NCBI GenBank assembly: GCA_963693365.1
Contig: CAVNZM010000011.1
Span: 1,658,989-1,722,988, forward strand
Length of the DNA: 64,000 bases
Reading direction: 5' to 3'
Source of the DNA: Amoebidium appalachense
Taxonomy: Eukaryota > Protista > Ichthyosporea
The stretch's first letter is position 1; each line of letters starts with the position of its first letter. The notes below the pieces were generated by a model that was not told the origin of the DNA, ran no database searches, and saw nothing but the letters and a program-made list of their open reading frames with translations. Shown piece by piece: positions 12,975-48,550 of this stretch. The position numbers and the translations under genes are program-made.

Positions 12975-14059
12975 GGGAGAGAGAGAGAGAGGGGGGGGGG
13001 GGGGGGAGGGGGTATGCATCTGTATCTCAAGCGATCAAGAATTGAACCCCCCCCCCCCCCCCCCCTCTTCTCTGGACCAATTTGCAAAATGATTGACATG
13101 CATGCGCAAACACTCGAGATCCAGTGTCCTGAGATATGTGGTGTCAGCAGTACATCAGGAAGAAATTTTATACAGGCCGGAACCCCCCCCCCCCCCCCCC
13201 CCCCCCCCCGAAATCCCTTTTAGAGGGAAAAAAAAAAGGAAAAAGAAAAAAGGAAAAACGGCCACAACCCACCACCTGCAGAGGCAGAGTGCGACAACTA
13301 TGTGCTGTGTGCGTCAGGGGGTTCACAAACATCAAACACCTAACAGGAAGGTGACAGCTGATTGGTCCATATAATTGGGTCTCTGAGCTGTCCCCACCCA
13401 CCACCATCCCAAAAACGCCCTGTGTAACTGGTTATAATCAATGTTTGGAATGGCATCCTAACATAACAGTATGTGTGTGGGTTTGTGACGAAGTGTGTCT
13501 TTATTGCGTGTGCTTGTTGCAAGAGGGTGAGGTAAGAGGGGGGGGGGGGGGGAGGGGGGGAGGGGGGAGGGGGGTTACCATCCAATAGTTTCTGGCCGTC
13601 AAAGTACGATGGCACTTGCGTGCGCAAGATGTCAGGGCGGGTTTTGAGTGCTTCCTGTGGGAAAAATGTGCATTAGCACTTACACCGAGGTAGAAGCGGT
13701 ATGGAGGTGAGGATGTCCGTTTAAGCGAGCAGGCGGGCAGGGGGAGGGGGAGGGGGGAGGGGGGGGGCATGCTCCTCCCAAAAAGGTATGGATGAGGGGG
13801 AAGAGGGGGGGGGGGGGGAGGGGGGGGGAGAATGCCCCCAACATCTGGCGAACTAGTGATAACCCAAATTTAAATGGGAATCTCGGTTCCAATCAAATGG
13901 CTCGATTTTTAAAGGGATTCTCGAGCCCAATCAGATCATCGGGTTTCAGTTTATCCGATTCCCTAACCCGTCCCGATGTTACTTTTGGCCCTATGAGGCA
14001 TCGATTGGTGGTGGTGGTGGTGATGGTGGTGGTGGTGGTGGTTGTTGTTGTTGTTGTTG

Positions 14060-14093
<34 letters not shown>

Positions 14094-14296
14094 GGCTAGT
14101 GTACCTGGATTTTAATAAAGCGGTTGATCTTGTCTACGGTTGTCTCGCACCTGCCGTTGCGATAGTCACGGGGCTTCTTCTCATCAACTTTCTCTGCGGA
14201 AAGTTCCAATACATAGGAATCTACGTAAACAATTGTGCACGCGAGCCCAATACTGCAACATTTCAATCCCCCCCCCCCCCCCCCCCCCCCACCCAC

Positions 14297-14353
<57 letters not shown>

Positions 14354-14473
14354 CACACACACAGGCACGCACATCAGTGTGTTGTGCTCTCAGGACACCT
14401 GTTGTCCTCCTACTCCTTGGTTTTGTGAAAGGGAGAGAGTGGTATTTGTGGTGGTGGCCGGCGGACTGAAACA

Positions 14474-14523
<50 letters not shown>

Positions 14524-14658
14524 ACGCGTGTGCGGTTGTGTGTTGGGGGAAAGCTAGAACGTGTTATCGAGTGCTAAGCACAAATTTCTAACAGGAAAAA
14601 AAAAGCAATTTGCAAAGCACACATCAAGAGTGTTCGTTATACCCAGCGCCCATCATCC

Positions 14659-14710
<52 letters not shown>

Positions 14711-15030
14711 GAGAAGCATACCGATCTGGCCCGGGATCGGTTTTCTATTTAGTGTAAGCACTGTGCCGTCATCCAGTGTGAGGGTGGGCTCTGGCTCTGA
14801 AACTTGGCCCGGGGGGGATGCAAACGACCGAAGAACAGAAATGCCCTCGTTCGGTGACGGCTCATGGGGGGGCTCTTGCTCCTGACCGGAATCTTGACAT
14901 TTAAGGAGAGACAGTGTGTGAGTATGTGTGTGCGCGCAAGGATGTGTGTGCACGCATAAATGTGCTTGGAGAGAGGCGCAAGGGGTTGGTGGTGGCCCGG
15001 GTGGTGGTGGTGGAGGGGGGGGAGGGGCGG

Positions 15031-15066
<36 letters not shown>

Positions 15067-15805
15067 TAGGGAAAAAAGAAAGGGAGGAAGGAAGGGAAGG
15101 AGGGAGGCAGGAAGGGAGGGAGGGGGGGGGGGGGGAGGGGAGGGGGTGATGTATGCGTTGGAGGGTTGGAAATAGGGAGGAGACAACAAAGAGCATCAAC
15201 AAAACGTCACAAAAGTGGGAAATCCAAAATCAAACAATTTAAGCGTGCAGGCAGGAGACACTTGAACAGAGCCCATCATCAGGGGGGTTCCTATGCCTCC
15301 ACAAAAGCATGGGTTCCGACTCTTTAACCTTAGAAGGAGGGAGGGAGGTAGAGAGAGAAAGAGAGAGTGAGAGGGAAAGGGAAAGAGAGAGTGGGTTTAG
15401 TGGGTGCGAAATCGTTAACAGGCCACAAAAATGCGTTCTCCGCAATCACAGAACACATTCGAAACTAAACATGAGCATTTCTTTTAAAATAAGCAAAACA
15501 GGAAATCCTCTGAACTTTAGGTCCCACCACCCGATAAAAATCGACCCACTCCCTAGGCAATACGACAATGGTACAAACAAACCCTTGTCGTTGTATTCAT
15601 GTTTTTTTTTACACGGCAATGAATAAACTAACCACACGAACATCGACTCTTGAGCCGCAGGTTAACAGACCAATAAAGATGGACAGCTAATCGAGTGCAG
15701 GTAGTAGTATGAGCCCAACCACCGAGGAGAACAGTGTGCGGGTGCGCAGGCGTGTGTATCTCCACCAAACACAGACACACATGCACACACACATACCGAC
15801 ACCCC

Positions 15806-15836
<31 letters not shown>

Positions 15837-17143
15837 CAAAAAAAAAAAAAGAAAGAAAGAAAATAAATAAATAACCGCCAATAAAATAAAACATGTACAT
15901 CTCGTATGGAATCATTTCCTGTATGACCAAAGGGGGTTGGTCCACACCTGGTTGGCGGTCTGTGTCCGGCACCTCAGTGACCACTACCTCATCTCCGTGA
16001 AAGAGGAAACTCGTGTCGGATATGGCTATGCCGTTGACAAAGCACTGTGTGGGTATTGTTTTGTTATTAGGCGGATAGCATGGATATACGAGAAACATCC
16101 TGTTTGCACATGCAAATATGGACAGACACAAACTTGCACCACCGCACACAAACAGCAGAGCCCAGAACAACACACAGCCCAGGGAAAGGTAGACGTGGTA
16201 GCCATGTGGAAAAATGTGGAAGAGGAGCTGGGTGGAGGGGTACCCGCTTAAAAAAAGAGAGGGAAACAGGGGTGGCGGCGATGGTGGATGGTTTTTTTTT
16301 TTTTTTTTTTTTTTTTGGGGGGGGGGGGGGGGGGGGAAGAAACCATGGTTGCCTGACCATGGTGCAGGAGGTGGGGGTGAGCGGTGAGGATGGGTGGGTG
16401 GGTGGGTTTGTGGGGGGCCGGGAGGGGGGAGGGGGGGGGGGGGGGGGGGAAGGAGAAAGAGGAGGAGGAGATGGTGGTGGTGGTGGTGGTGGGTGGGGGG
16501 GGGGGGGAGGGGGGAGGGAGAGGAAAGGTCAATAGGGTAAAGGTAAGCTTAAATGAAGGGGGGGGGGGGGGGGGGGGGGGGGGAGGGGGAGGGGGTGCGT
16601 TACACAGTACGACCTCACAAGGACAACGAACAATACCGTGCAGATTTTGCCCCGGGGGGGGGGGGGGGGGGGGGGGGGGGGACGAAAAAAAAAAGCACAC
16701 ACGAGAGTATGCATTCATGTGTGTGTGTGTGGGGGGGGGGGGGGGGGGGGGGGGGGGCAGGCCAGAGACAAAACGTCCAACGAACTGCAACAGGCCGTGT
16801 TTAAACAGATACAAAGGAGAGAACACCATGCAAAGAAAGAGCCGAAGGCCAGACATGAGTCCAAACCATCAACAGGACAGGGTGCAAGGGGTGTAAGAAG
16901 GGTGGGGAGGGGGGTTTGAATGCGTCATAAAATACGAAGTACACACGAACAACGGATAACACGATGCACAAACCATACATAAAGAGTATGCATAATAAGC
17001 AGAGCCCATCCTTAGAGGGGGGCACGTCATCAACAGGGGGAGGGGGGGTGTATGTTTGGGAAAGGTGTGTGTCTGTGTGTCAGCCGGGGGAGGGGGTGGG
17101 TGGTTGGGTGGGTGGGTGGGTTGGTTGTTGTTTGTTTGTTTGT

Positions 17144-17193
<50 letters not shown>

Positions 17194-17322
17194 AAGAGGG
17201 GTGCATCATAAGTACAAAGCCACGATGGGAAACACTCTGCAGGACACATGCAAAGGCAAACATTCAAGTATGCATCCTCAGAAACACGCGGAATATGCAA
17301 CATAAGGAGACCCCATCCTCTG

Positions 17323-17374
<52 letters not shown>

Positions 17375-17610
17375 ATGTGTGGGTGTGTTTTGGGAGGGGG
17401 GGGGGGGGGGGGGGGGTGTCCAAAAAGCACCTTGAGCCTCTCAGGGGGGGTAGTGACGCCTAGCTCGGAGCGCACAAACAGCACAATGTCCACCAAGGTG
17501 GTGCCCCGGTCAATAATGTAGAAGTAGCCCTGGTCGTGCGGGTGTGTCTTGACAACCACACGACGGCGTGCATCCATAGGCATGGAATGCGAAGATGCAG
17601 CTACAATGGG

Positions 17611-17682
<72 letters not shown>

Positions 17683-17819
17683 GAAAGGCGTGGGAGGGTT
17701 TTGGGGTTGTCGGGCATGGGCTGTGCGTGTTTTGTGCAAACAGGTGGTGTGTGAACCTTGTGCATTAGTGCAACTTCACACGTGAACTCACAACTGCTAC
17801 ATTTGAAACTTCGTTCCAT
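9613..17819 (-). CDS. Uncharacterised ~795-aa protein: N-terminal ubiquitin-like/KHA-like domain, possible psq/CENP-B-type HTH, RGRGR motif, long His/Pro/Met-rich then acidic low-complexity tail. Exons 17819-17792, 17600-17431, 16044-15948, 14892-14722, 14220-14105, 13654-13579, 12882-12699, 11608-11454, 11003-9613
   Basis: Nine exons join in frame with GT-AG introns; the last exon is the 463-codon 3' part of ORF 9613..11313. The exon 3/4 junction has an alternative solution using a 16-nt micro-exon near 15634-15649. Domain calls are by eye only. Confidence 0.75.
12457..12624. repeat. Intronic ~55-bp inverted repeat (4-nt loop) with a tandem duplicate of the right arm
   Basis: Left arm 12457-12511, loop GTGG, right arm 12516-~12570, second right arm ~12570-12624; 3 internal mismatches. 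Confidence 0.9.
15145..15313 (-). mobile_element. Short interspersed repeat, family B copy 1 (intron of the orphan gene)
   Basis: ~160 nt highly similar to 23924-24083; contains CCCCTGATGATGGGCTCT and ends ...AACGCATACATCA followed by a C-rich tract on the minus strand. Confidence 0.75.
16915..17325 (-). mobile_element. Two short interspersed repeat copies, family A (16915-17035 and ~17238-17325)
   Basis: Minus strand reads TGATGACGTGCCCCCTCTAAGGATGGGCTCT...GTACTTCGTA...GCATTCAAACCCC, and GCATACTTGAATGTTTGCCTTTGCATGTGTCCT, matching the copies at 21408 and 40871. Confidence 0.7.
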
Positions 17820-18192
17820 AAGAACGGTTATAAAACTGTTGTTTATCGCACCTAGAGACAGGGGAACAGCGGAAGCAGGGAAGTAAACATGTGAGGGTAT
17901 TGCTGACACAGGCAGGCCAAGGCGTAAAGGCCGACACCTTGAAACAGGGTCTTGTCTCTCCACGTTCACGTTTCGCTCCATACACAACGCCAAACCAGTT
18001 GCAACTCGACCCGATGCAGTGTAGGGACGGAGAAGAAAGACATGGGGGTGATGACACAGCACACACCCCGACATCACCGCAACTAAAACGAGGCAGTACA
18101 CGAAGAAACAGATAAACACACGGAGTATAAAAAAACAAAAAGACCCCACTCGAGGACACTTCGCTTCACCCAAACAAGGGGGGAAAGGGGGG

Positions 18193-18226
<34 letters not shown>

Positions 18227-19323
18227 GCACAGGAAACAAGGAAAAAGGGCGTAAACCAACAAGACAAAAAATATCGCAAGGTGCAGCGGAGCGCGAAATT
18301 GCGCGATGCTGGGTACAGGGTCTAAGAAACAAGCCGTGGGTGTGAGTTATAGCATCCAAAAACAAAACACACAATACGTCAGCAGAACAGTTGTGCATGG
18401 GCTGGGAACTTGTGGTTGTGCTTGTGTGTAATGAGCACACATGAACTTCTGCTTGGCAAAGGTATTTAAGAAAGAGAGAGTAAGAAGCCGAAGTGGAATT
18501 GTGCACGAGAGAGACAGGAAGGATGGTGGCTTGCACGTGGAGTCCAAGACTCGTCTTGTGTTGTTTTCCACAAAGTTTATTAAGTAGACGGGAATCTCTG
18601 CGCGAGAACTCTCGCTGAGCGGAAGAGCTACAAGGGTTGGGAGCCAAGCAACTACAACTACGCCATCCTAACCCCCATTTAGAAGTGCAGACTGGTGAAA
18701 GCAAACGTGTCTGCCCGCAAGAACCAGAAGGTGAGCTGTTGCGAACATCAAAAAGTTAAGCGAGCAATTTGGGAAGAACCATGAGTAACAACTTCCAGAC
18801 TAAGCTAGAATACGCAACTGGCTCTCTCCACCGACCCGCTCAGTAAAAACAAGGAGGTGAGAGTAAACGCACCTTCCCCTTCGGTCGCAGTTTCCATCCT
18901 TTTTCCTGTCGCGTTGCTGTCGCATTTTCCGTTTGGTTCTGTCGCAGACTGCAAGCGCTATCGTATTTTTTGCCCTACCTCCACCGATAAGTTTGGATCG
19001 GCAAGATTGGTTGGCCGATCGGCGGAATCGGGTTTTATTCCGACTGAGACTCGTTGAACGCGAAAACGTGATCGTTGCGCAGACAATTGATTATGATTGG
19101 TGGAGCATCCTCGATCGTCGGTTTGTTGTGCAACACATTCCCATCGTTTTTTCACAGGGCTCCATGTCCGTTTGTCCGTTATTTCGCGTTTTCGCTTTCG
19201 CGACAAGCGAACAAAAGTTACATCCAGTAGCAGCTGCAGAATCCCCCTTTTTTCTCTTTCTCAACCCACAACTTCAATATTTTCTTTTCCTAAAACCAAA
19301 AAGTTTAACAAAAGGTGTTAGCG

Positions 19324-21145
19324 ATGGAAAACGACACGTCCCAGCCGCCGGCACCTGCCGATCCATCGTCCACAGACACACCCACAGCGAGGGAAAACGA
19401 CACATCCCAGCCACCCGCACCCGCCGATCCATCTGCAGACACATCCACACCTATGGAAACAGGGGAGACAGACGTTAGCGCCAACAACACGGTCGAGGCC
19501 CAAAAGAACGAGCTAGCGGTAGAGACACCAAAGGAACCTGACGTGGAGGGTATAGGAGGCGAGGATAGGGAGACAGGGGAGAAAGATGGGGAGGGTGCAG
19601 CTGAGAACGAGAACGATAAGAAAAGAAAGCGAGAAAGCGAAGACGGTGAAGAGGATGTAGCAGAGAAGGAAAAGGAAGGAGAGAGGGCTAAGGAAAAGGA
19701 CAACGGGGTGGATGGGACTAATCATGGGGAGGCTGGAGCGGACACGGCAGCAATTGAAGTTCATGGTGCCACCAGCTCGGAAGAAACTACATTGGCCGAC
19801 GATGCACTGGCTGATATTCCAGAAGTTCTCCTGAAAAATGGGCGTGTGCCTGGGAAGTCTTGTGCCAACTGCCGCGCTATTCGCAAGCGGTGCGACGGGA
19901 GACAGAGGTCATGTTTGAGGAAGGCACAGATCGCAGGTGTGTGAGTGGAATTACACTGATTTTGTGTTTGCCTGTTGCTAGATCTGGGAGTGGTCTTATT
20001 TTTGTAGATGCATGGGAAAGATTCACACGAAACGGTTTCTTGGTTGGGCAAAAAGTTTCTTCAAGGCGCATGTGCGAGAGCAGCAATTGCCGGCTTCTGC
20101 AATTGGCACGCTAGGAATAGTTACCTGCTTGGCACGTTCTCTTGAAAAACAAGGGCCGGGGGAATTTCTTCTGGAATATTCTGCTCGATAAACTTCTTTA
20201 TCTCCCCTCCCCCCCTTCCCCCTCTTTCCAAAAAAGAAGAAAAGGAACACCCCACCTGCCGCTTTCTGCTCCCTGTTACCCGTTGACACCAGACATCACT
20301 TTCCCATTAAGGCCACCTTCTATAAGACCTGACAAGTGACTTCCACTTGCTCCTTCCAGCCTATTACGCCAACATGAATATGCAGCCTCCCAGCACCCCT
20401 CCGGGAGTTGAACGCCATGGAATGCCCAGGGACAGTGTCCCAATTCCACCAAGATCCGTTAATCGTCCGACTGGCCTCCATCCAGCACTGGCTTTTCTTA
20501 GCCAAGTAGTGGAGGACATGAGTGGCAAGCGCATTAAGAAGAAGCTCAAGGATCAGATTCCCCTCATCAACGACATACTGGTGCAGCAGGTGCGAGTTTT
20601 GGTTTGTTTTTGTATGTGTGTTGGGTCTGCAGATTGGATAGACATGTGTGGTGCTGGTAGTGTGGTAGCTGTGTTTGGAAGGCTGGCCGGCCTAATTAAT
20701 GAGGGTGGGGCAAAGAGAGGGGCCAGGGCATGTGAGGATTGGTGGTATGTGCGCGTGTGTTTGTGTTTGGTCGGACCTCGGGAGGGTACGGATGTTGTTT
20801 TCTGGGTCATTGCCTTTGTGTCTTGTGCTTGCAAATATTCTATCTTTATTTGAAGCGAAGGGGGGGGGGGGGGGGGGGGGGGGAGGGGAGAGATGTGTAA
20901 TGCTTACTTGGTGTTTGGACACGTTTGTGTGTTGACGTTTTGTTCTTCTTTTAAGACATTTGGTGTACATCTTTACTTCATAAATTTGTGATTGATTTAA
21001 GGAGGCCGCTCTGTGCCTCCCCTCCCTCCCTCCCCCCCCCCCAAAAAATAAAATAAAATTAAACACACACATCACCAGCACCACCAAAAAATAAGAACAA
21101 GGATACGAATGGTAGAAATCACTATTAGCAAGCACAATTACTGCC

Positions 21146-21176
<31 letters not shown>

Positions 21177-21681
21177 TTTTTTTTTTTTTTTTTCATATAT
21201 ACATATTTTCGTGGTCTGACCCTGGTGGGCAGGATGTGCAAATTCGGCAGCTGCAGAGCTATCTGGCCGTGCAGGGCCAATACATGTCCTCCGCCCAGGG
21301 CAGATCCATGATGGGCGACTTTGGCCGGTAGTTTTTCCTTCCTTTTTTTTTTTTTTTTTTTTTCCCTCCCACTCCCTTTGTTTGCTTCTAGTAACGACTC
21401 CTCCCCCTACTGTGCGCTATGTTGCATACTTGAATGTTTGCCTTTGCATGTGTCCTTCGTGTATGCGTACTTCGTACCGTGTTCCGCATTCAACCCCCCC
21501 CCCCCCCCCCCCCCCCCTCCACCGCCGCCAGAGGTGAATGCATGTTCTTGCGGTACTCCTGTGAGTATGCGGCAAGGGGGATGTTTGTAAATCATGGGGA
21601 ATTTTGTATTACAGGGCCGAGTGCTTTGATCCCCATTTGCCATTAGCTTCGTGGTATCGTAATTCGGTTGTTCCAGAGATT

Positions 21682-21713
<32 letters not shown>

Positions 21714-22352
21714 CCCCCTCTTCCCCTTCCCCCTTCCCCCCCTCTCTATTGTTACTCTACCAGCCAAAGCACGTCCAACTGCCCCCTATTGCTGTATACC
21801 ACCCACATTTACAGACTTCTCAACTAACACACCTCTAGTGGCAGGGAGCCAGCCAAAAAGAAGCGCAAAGTTATCGAGGTGGTGGATCTCGAGGCTCCTC
21901 CGAAGAGGCCCCAACCCTCCCCTGCCCCATTCACTTACCAACCACCCTCCGCCTCCACCGAATGGACATATGTTCCCCGTCCCGGTGCCTTCATCAAAAA
22001 GACCAAAAGGAAGAAGAGAGACCTGAAGAAAACACCACCCAGCTCCCCAGGCAGCCCCTCCCCCCCAGCCAGCAAGACACCCACCCCCAAGAAAGTAGTG
22101 TCGTTCTACGATCTGCCCAGGCCAACAAACACGACCGTCAACCCCGCCCTTGCTAGGCCCAAGCATGTACCTACCCCCGCACGTGTGCCCACACACATCC
22201 CTCAGTTCTGGCAAAAACCTACCCCACGGCTCATTGCTCCCACCGGCCCGGTGGTCAATGCAACACCTGTGGCAGAGAGACCTTCAAACCCTTCACCAGC
22301 AAGTAGTGGCCCAAGGACGAAGGCTGCGAGAAAGATGGCTGCTAGCAGCTAG
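19324..22352 (+). CDS. Putative nuclear regulator with a truncated Zn(II)2Cys6-like motif, ~481 aa; exons 19324-19936, 20360-20589, 21233-21327, 21845-22352
   Basis: Acidic N-terminus with a duplicated ENDTSQPPAPADPS; motif KSCANCRAIRKRCDGRQRSC; coiled-coil-like segment; PAKKKRKV NLS followed by VIEVVDL; canonical phase-consistent introns. Confidence 0.8.
21408..21500 (+). mobile_element. Short interspersed repeat, family A 5'-truncated copy
   Basis: About 75 nt (21416-21490) identical to ~40930-41004, followed by poly(C). Confidence 0.75.
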
Positions 22353-23254
22353 GACGGATGGTTCGTTTAGGAAGTGGTGTCAAAGGTTGGGTCGCGTGTG
22401 GACAAGGATGTTATTGAGTTAATAGTGTGTGCGTGTTGTGGTGTGTTAGTGTGAAAGGGGATGGGAAATAAGGGGTGTACTAATGGCTAGGTTTGCATTC
22501 CTCCATGATTTCTACACATGGCGATTGAGCAGTTTCTAAGAAAGAAAGCACCAGAGGAGCAAAAAGTCATTAATCGAATTTGATGTTCAGTATTGCGCAA
22601 TACTAGTGACGACCTAGACTTCAATGTAGTTTGTGCGGATGTGATGTTGGCTTGTGTTGACGTCCGAATTTTTGCAGATTATCGGAAGTTTTTCAGTTCT
22701 AGACCGCGTTCCCGGTTTATCTGGGGGGTTTTTTTTTATAACGATATAGGGCCACACGGCTACAACTGTGGAGACAGGTGATATGTATCAAGGCTTTATT
22801 TTGTACCTTTTCTTTCTCACGTTTCCTGAAACCCAGCAGACAGAAGCAGGTTTGAATATCGGCTAACTTTGTATTAATTGAGGGGAGAACGTACTTATGA
22901 ACATGTGACATGACAAAGTAGTGTGTTTCTCGACACAGCTTTGCTTTAAATAAAGGGTTGCTTTTTGCCTCTTTGAAAGTAACGAATTCCCACGGGAAAG
23001 AACTTTGTCGTCGCGTCGCAATGTGACGTAAATCATAGGAGAAAAAGAAAAGAAAAAAAGAAAAAGAAAGAAAGAAAGAGAGATAAAAAGACAAGGGTCT
23101 AAATCTTCACACACGGTGTACGCTAAAATCCTGCACCCATGAGCAGTATAGTCACTTTGCCTCCCCCCCAAAAATACGTGCATATCTCTTTCGCAGATAT
23201 TGATGCCCTCCTAGCTTTGCTGTTCATCCATATTTCACGTATGTGACCATTACA

Positions 23255-23498
23255 TACCTATATACCTGCATCAATTATATCTCCTCTGAAGTCTATCACT
23301 GCTCCATCCATGTCTTTTCTGCAGTTTATCAAAACTCTGTGAATATTTGTGCTTTGCTGTCTATCAACACTCCACGATATCTCATTTGCAGTATATCAAT
23401 ACCCCACAAATATATTTCTTCTGCAGTATATCAATGCTCAATGTATATCCCCTCTGCAGTCTATCAATACCCCACGAATATATCCCCTCCGCAGTCTA

Positions 23499-23510
<12 letters not shown>
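23255..23510. repeat. Degenerate ~33-bp minisatellite overlapping the Misato stop codon and 3' UTR
   Basis: Repeated unit ATATCCCCTCTGCAGTCTATCAAT(G/A)C(T/C)CCA, about 7-8 copies; the last copy contains the TGA at 23499-23501. Confidence 0.8.
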
Positions 23511-34389
<10,879 letters not shown>

Positions 34390-35199
34390 TTTACTCGTGT
34401 GGGTCTTAACCCTAAGCCGGTGATATTTCCCGACTGTCAAATATGAGACGAATTGTATTACTACAAGGGCTGGACACGTACTCTAATAGTTTGCATGATG
34501 CTATTTCACACCACCGATGTTCATTCAAATCACGACTATCCAGCGGCAACAACAAGCATCCAGTGCAGCATAAGATAAAGCCTTTAATACTGCGTGTAAA
34601 AACGCTAACCCCAGCGTAGACTCACTGGCGACTGGGACGCTTCCAGTTTTACTTAGTGTGCACTGACGGTGACGGGAGCGCAACGCCTCTACGTATATGG
34701 ATGCGAGTCACCTCACCTGTACGTCACTGTCATCCCTTTAGTAGAACAAGGTGTTCTACTTTGTTAACATGGTTGGGTTACGCAGCATCAGAACCTAGCT
34801 CCTATTAGTGCAGCACGCACTCTTACGTAAGTGTGCCGAACATTGATCATCTGTCATGTCTGTGGAACGGCCGCACCATTAGACAGCTACAGTAGGTAGA
34901 GTGCTGCTGGTGACACTGAAGTAAACATTAGGGTTAGTTACCTCTTACCCACTAGCTGGTCAATGATGTTATAATAGTGGTATTAAAAACAGATGATTGA
35001 CTCCCAAGGACCGTGACGTATATGTGTCAGGTCGTACGTATGTAGCCTTGTCGGTTGCGTTCCCCTTCTTTACCCTTGCAAAGAACCACCCGGCTACCTT
35101 AATGCAGGGTCCATTGGCCCACTATTCTTAGCAAGTAGGACACTAAAATGCTGCACGGCTGCATGGCTGGCATCTGCACCCGTGCTTGGAGACTTAAGA

Positions 35200-46066
<10,867 letters not shown>

Positions 46067-46109
46067 ATGGATTAAAGGTTGTACATATGTTTCGTGGGTG
46101 TGTGTGTGT

Positions 46110-46143
<34 letters not shown>

Positions 46144-46178
46144 CGTTTCTTTTTTTTTCTTTTCCCCCCTCCTTTTTT

Positions 46179-46215
<37 letters not shown>

Positions 46216-46853
46216 TTCGAAGGTTACAATTTTTCAAAAGTTACTAATAGTACTATTTTTCTAATGCTCCCCGATTATCGGGATTTTCGAATGGGCCTGT
46301 GGTGGTGTGCTTCGCACAATAGCAGCCGGAGATATGTATGATGTGCAATCACCTATCGATGGTTTTTTAGTCGCTGGGTTGTTGTGAACCATTCGTGTGA
46401 TGAATAGTATAACAGTTAGTGTAGGACTGCCACATAAATGCAATCATTCTAGTAGGCCTATTAGTGGGGGCCATAATAGACATGAACATATTCCTACTTT
46501 AAATTTAGTTGTTTTTTATTACCTGAGCACAAATGTACTGTGCCACATTCAGAAGACACAAATCCTGCCTGCCATGCAGTGGGCCGGAGGTGTGGAGCCA
46601 AGCTTTGAATGTACAATCAGCACGGAACGTCAGCATGAAACTGAGTCTGATGGCATGCAGGGGAGCACCGTACACGCGCTGCTAATGTTAACAGTGCTAG
46701 CCCTAGTCTCAGGCCTGGGAATGTGTGTGACTGTGTGTGCGCGCGCGCGTATCATAGCGCGTTTGTGCAGTGTGCCACCGGTGCGTGTTTGTGTGCATGT
46801 GTGCATGTGTGTACATGTGCATGCGTGTGTGCGTGTGTGCATGTACGTGTGCT

Positions 46854-46928
<75 letters not shown>

Positions 46929-48515
46929 AACATGGGAAGGGAAAGTAGAAGAATGAAAATGAGGGAGGCTACAATAGACTCCAGGGACATGTATGGAAAT
47001 AACCAATCAAAACCCACCATTAAATCTTTTGATGCCCGTGCAGACATCAACGAGTGCAGCCAGGCACTGGCCTGTGGGCGCAACAGCAACTGCACAAACA
47101 CCCCCGGCAGCTACCAGTGCTCGTGTGTGCCCGGTTACTCCTCCCCCACAGAGACTTGGTGCACAGGTTAACCCCCCTCCCCCCCCTCCCCCCCCCCCCC
47201 CTCCTCCCCCCTCCCCCCCCCCCTCCTCCTCCCCCCCTCCCCCTCCTCCTCCCCCCCCCCCCCCCAATGACAAAGTGTCGGTAATGCTTAAAGCCGCACT
47301 TAACCACTGGCACATGGCACCTACACAACCAATTTCTTTGTGAGGGGCTCTTACGGCAGGGTTTAAGGGGTACTGTGGTTGTGTTGTTTCACACAGGTTA
47401 TAGAGAAAGCACACATGATACCTGTCCATGGTGGTAGAGGGATAATATCTTTATCCGGGAAGATACACCGGCAATTTGTTGATGGGTTTTGGGCTTCCAT
47501 AGAGGTTCACCACTCTCTCTATGATCACAAAATGAGGGGATGGAGTGGGGGTGAGGGGCGGCGGGAGGAAAGGGGGGGGTAGAGTCTACCTTTTCCTTCC
47601 TCACTCTCAACTGACCGTCTTTCTTCTCCCTGCAGACGTCAACGAGTGCACTAGTCAAACATCACCCTGCTCCCCCCTAGCCCAATGCACCAATACAGAG
47701 GGCAGCTATGCATGTGCCTGCCTGAACGGGTACACGGGCACCGGAAGAACATGTGCTGGTATAATCCTCCCCCCCCCTCCCCTCCCCCCCCCCCCCCCCT
47801 CCCCCCCCCCCCCTCTCCCGGCTGGAAGTGTGGGTTGTTACAAACCACAATATCTTTTGTAAGTACGAACAGATAAGATTCATTGCACTTTGTGGATGCT
47901 GAACACTCATCTTACCTTTAGTCAGATACTGATTTGTGTTTTTACTGTGACATTTAAAAAGGGCCTCCCCCGCCCCCTCTCCCCCTCCCTCGAGCCCCTC
48001 CCTCCTCCCCCCCCCAGCCCCCCCCCCCCCCCCCCCCCGGGTGCCTTCTCACCCACAGTTAGTACCACCCCACCTTTCATTATCGAAATGTGACCGTTAT
48101 CAAGAAAAACACTGGCTTTAATTTGGTCTTTATCCAATCGTGCTCTTTTGGGCACCCATATGTTGACAAAGCCATGCACATGCAGACATCAACGAATGCC
48201 AGACCGCATTCCACAAGTGCCCCCTCCAATCAAACTGCATCAACACCCCCGGCAGCCATTTTTGTCTCTGCAATGGCGGCTACGTGGCCGACAACACCAC
48301 CGTGTTCACCTGCAAAGATGGGGCACAGGGACTGTTTTATTACTGGTCTACTGTGGCTGTGTGTTGGGTGCTTGTTGGAGTGCCAAGATAATCGATGGAA
48401 GTTTGGGGGGGGAATGGGGGGGGGGGGGGGGGGGGGGGGGGAAGGAGAAAAACCTCACCTCCTCCAAACTCGTGCATAGCTTTTCAATCATAAAATGACC
48501 CCCCCCCCCCCTCCC

Positions 48516-48550
<35 letters not shown>

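Noticed and set aside
15255-15290. CTGATGA in family B as a hammerhead ribozyme core or snoRNA box C
   Set aside because: No GAAA after a stem II and no terminal box D/stem; family A has TGAGGA or TAAGGA at this position.
17601-18704. 367-aa minus-strand ORF with an apparent CxxC zinc finger
   Set aside because: It runs through poly(C) and (CA)n. The strong GTGAGT donor at 17791 gives the only in-frame join, which removes the second Cys.
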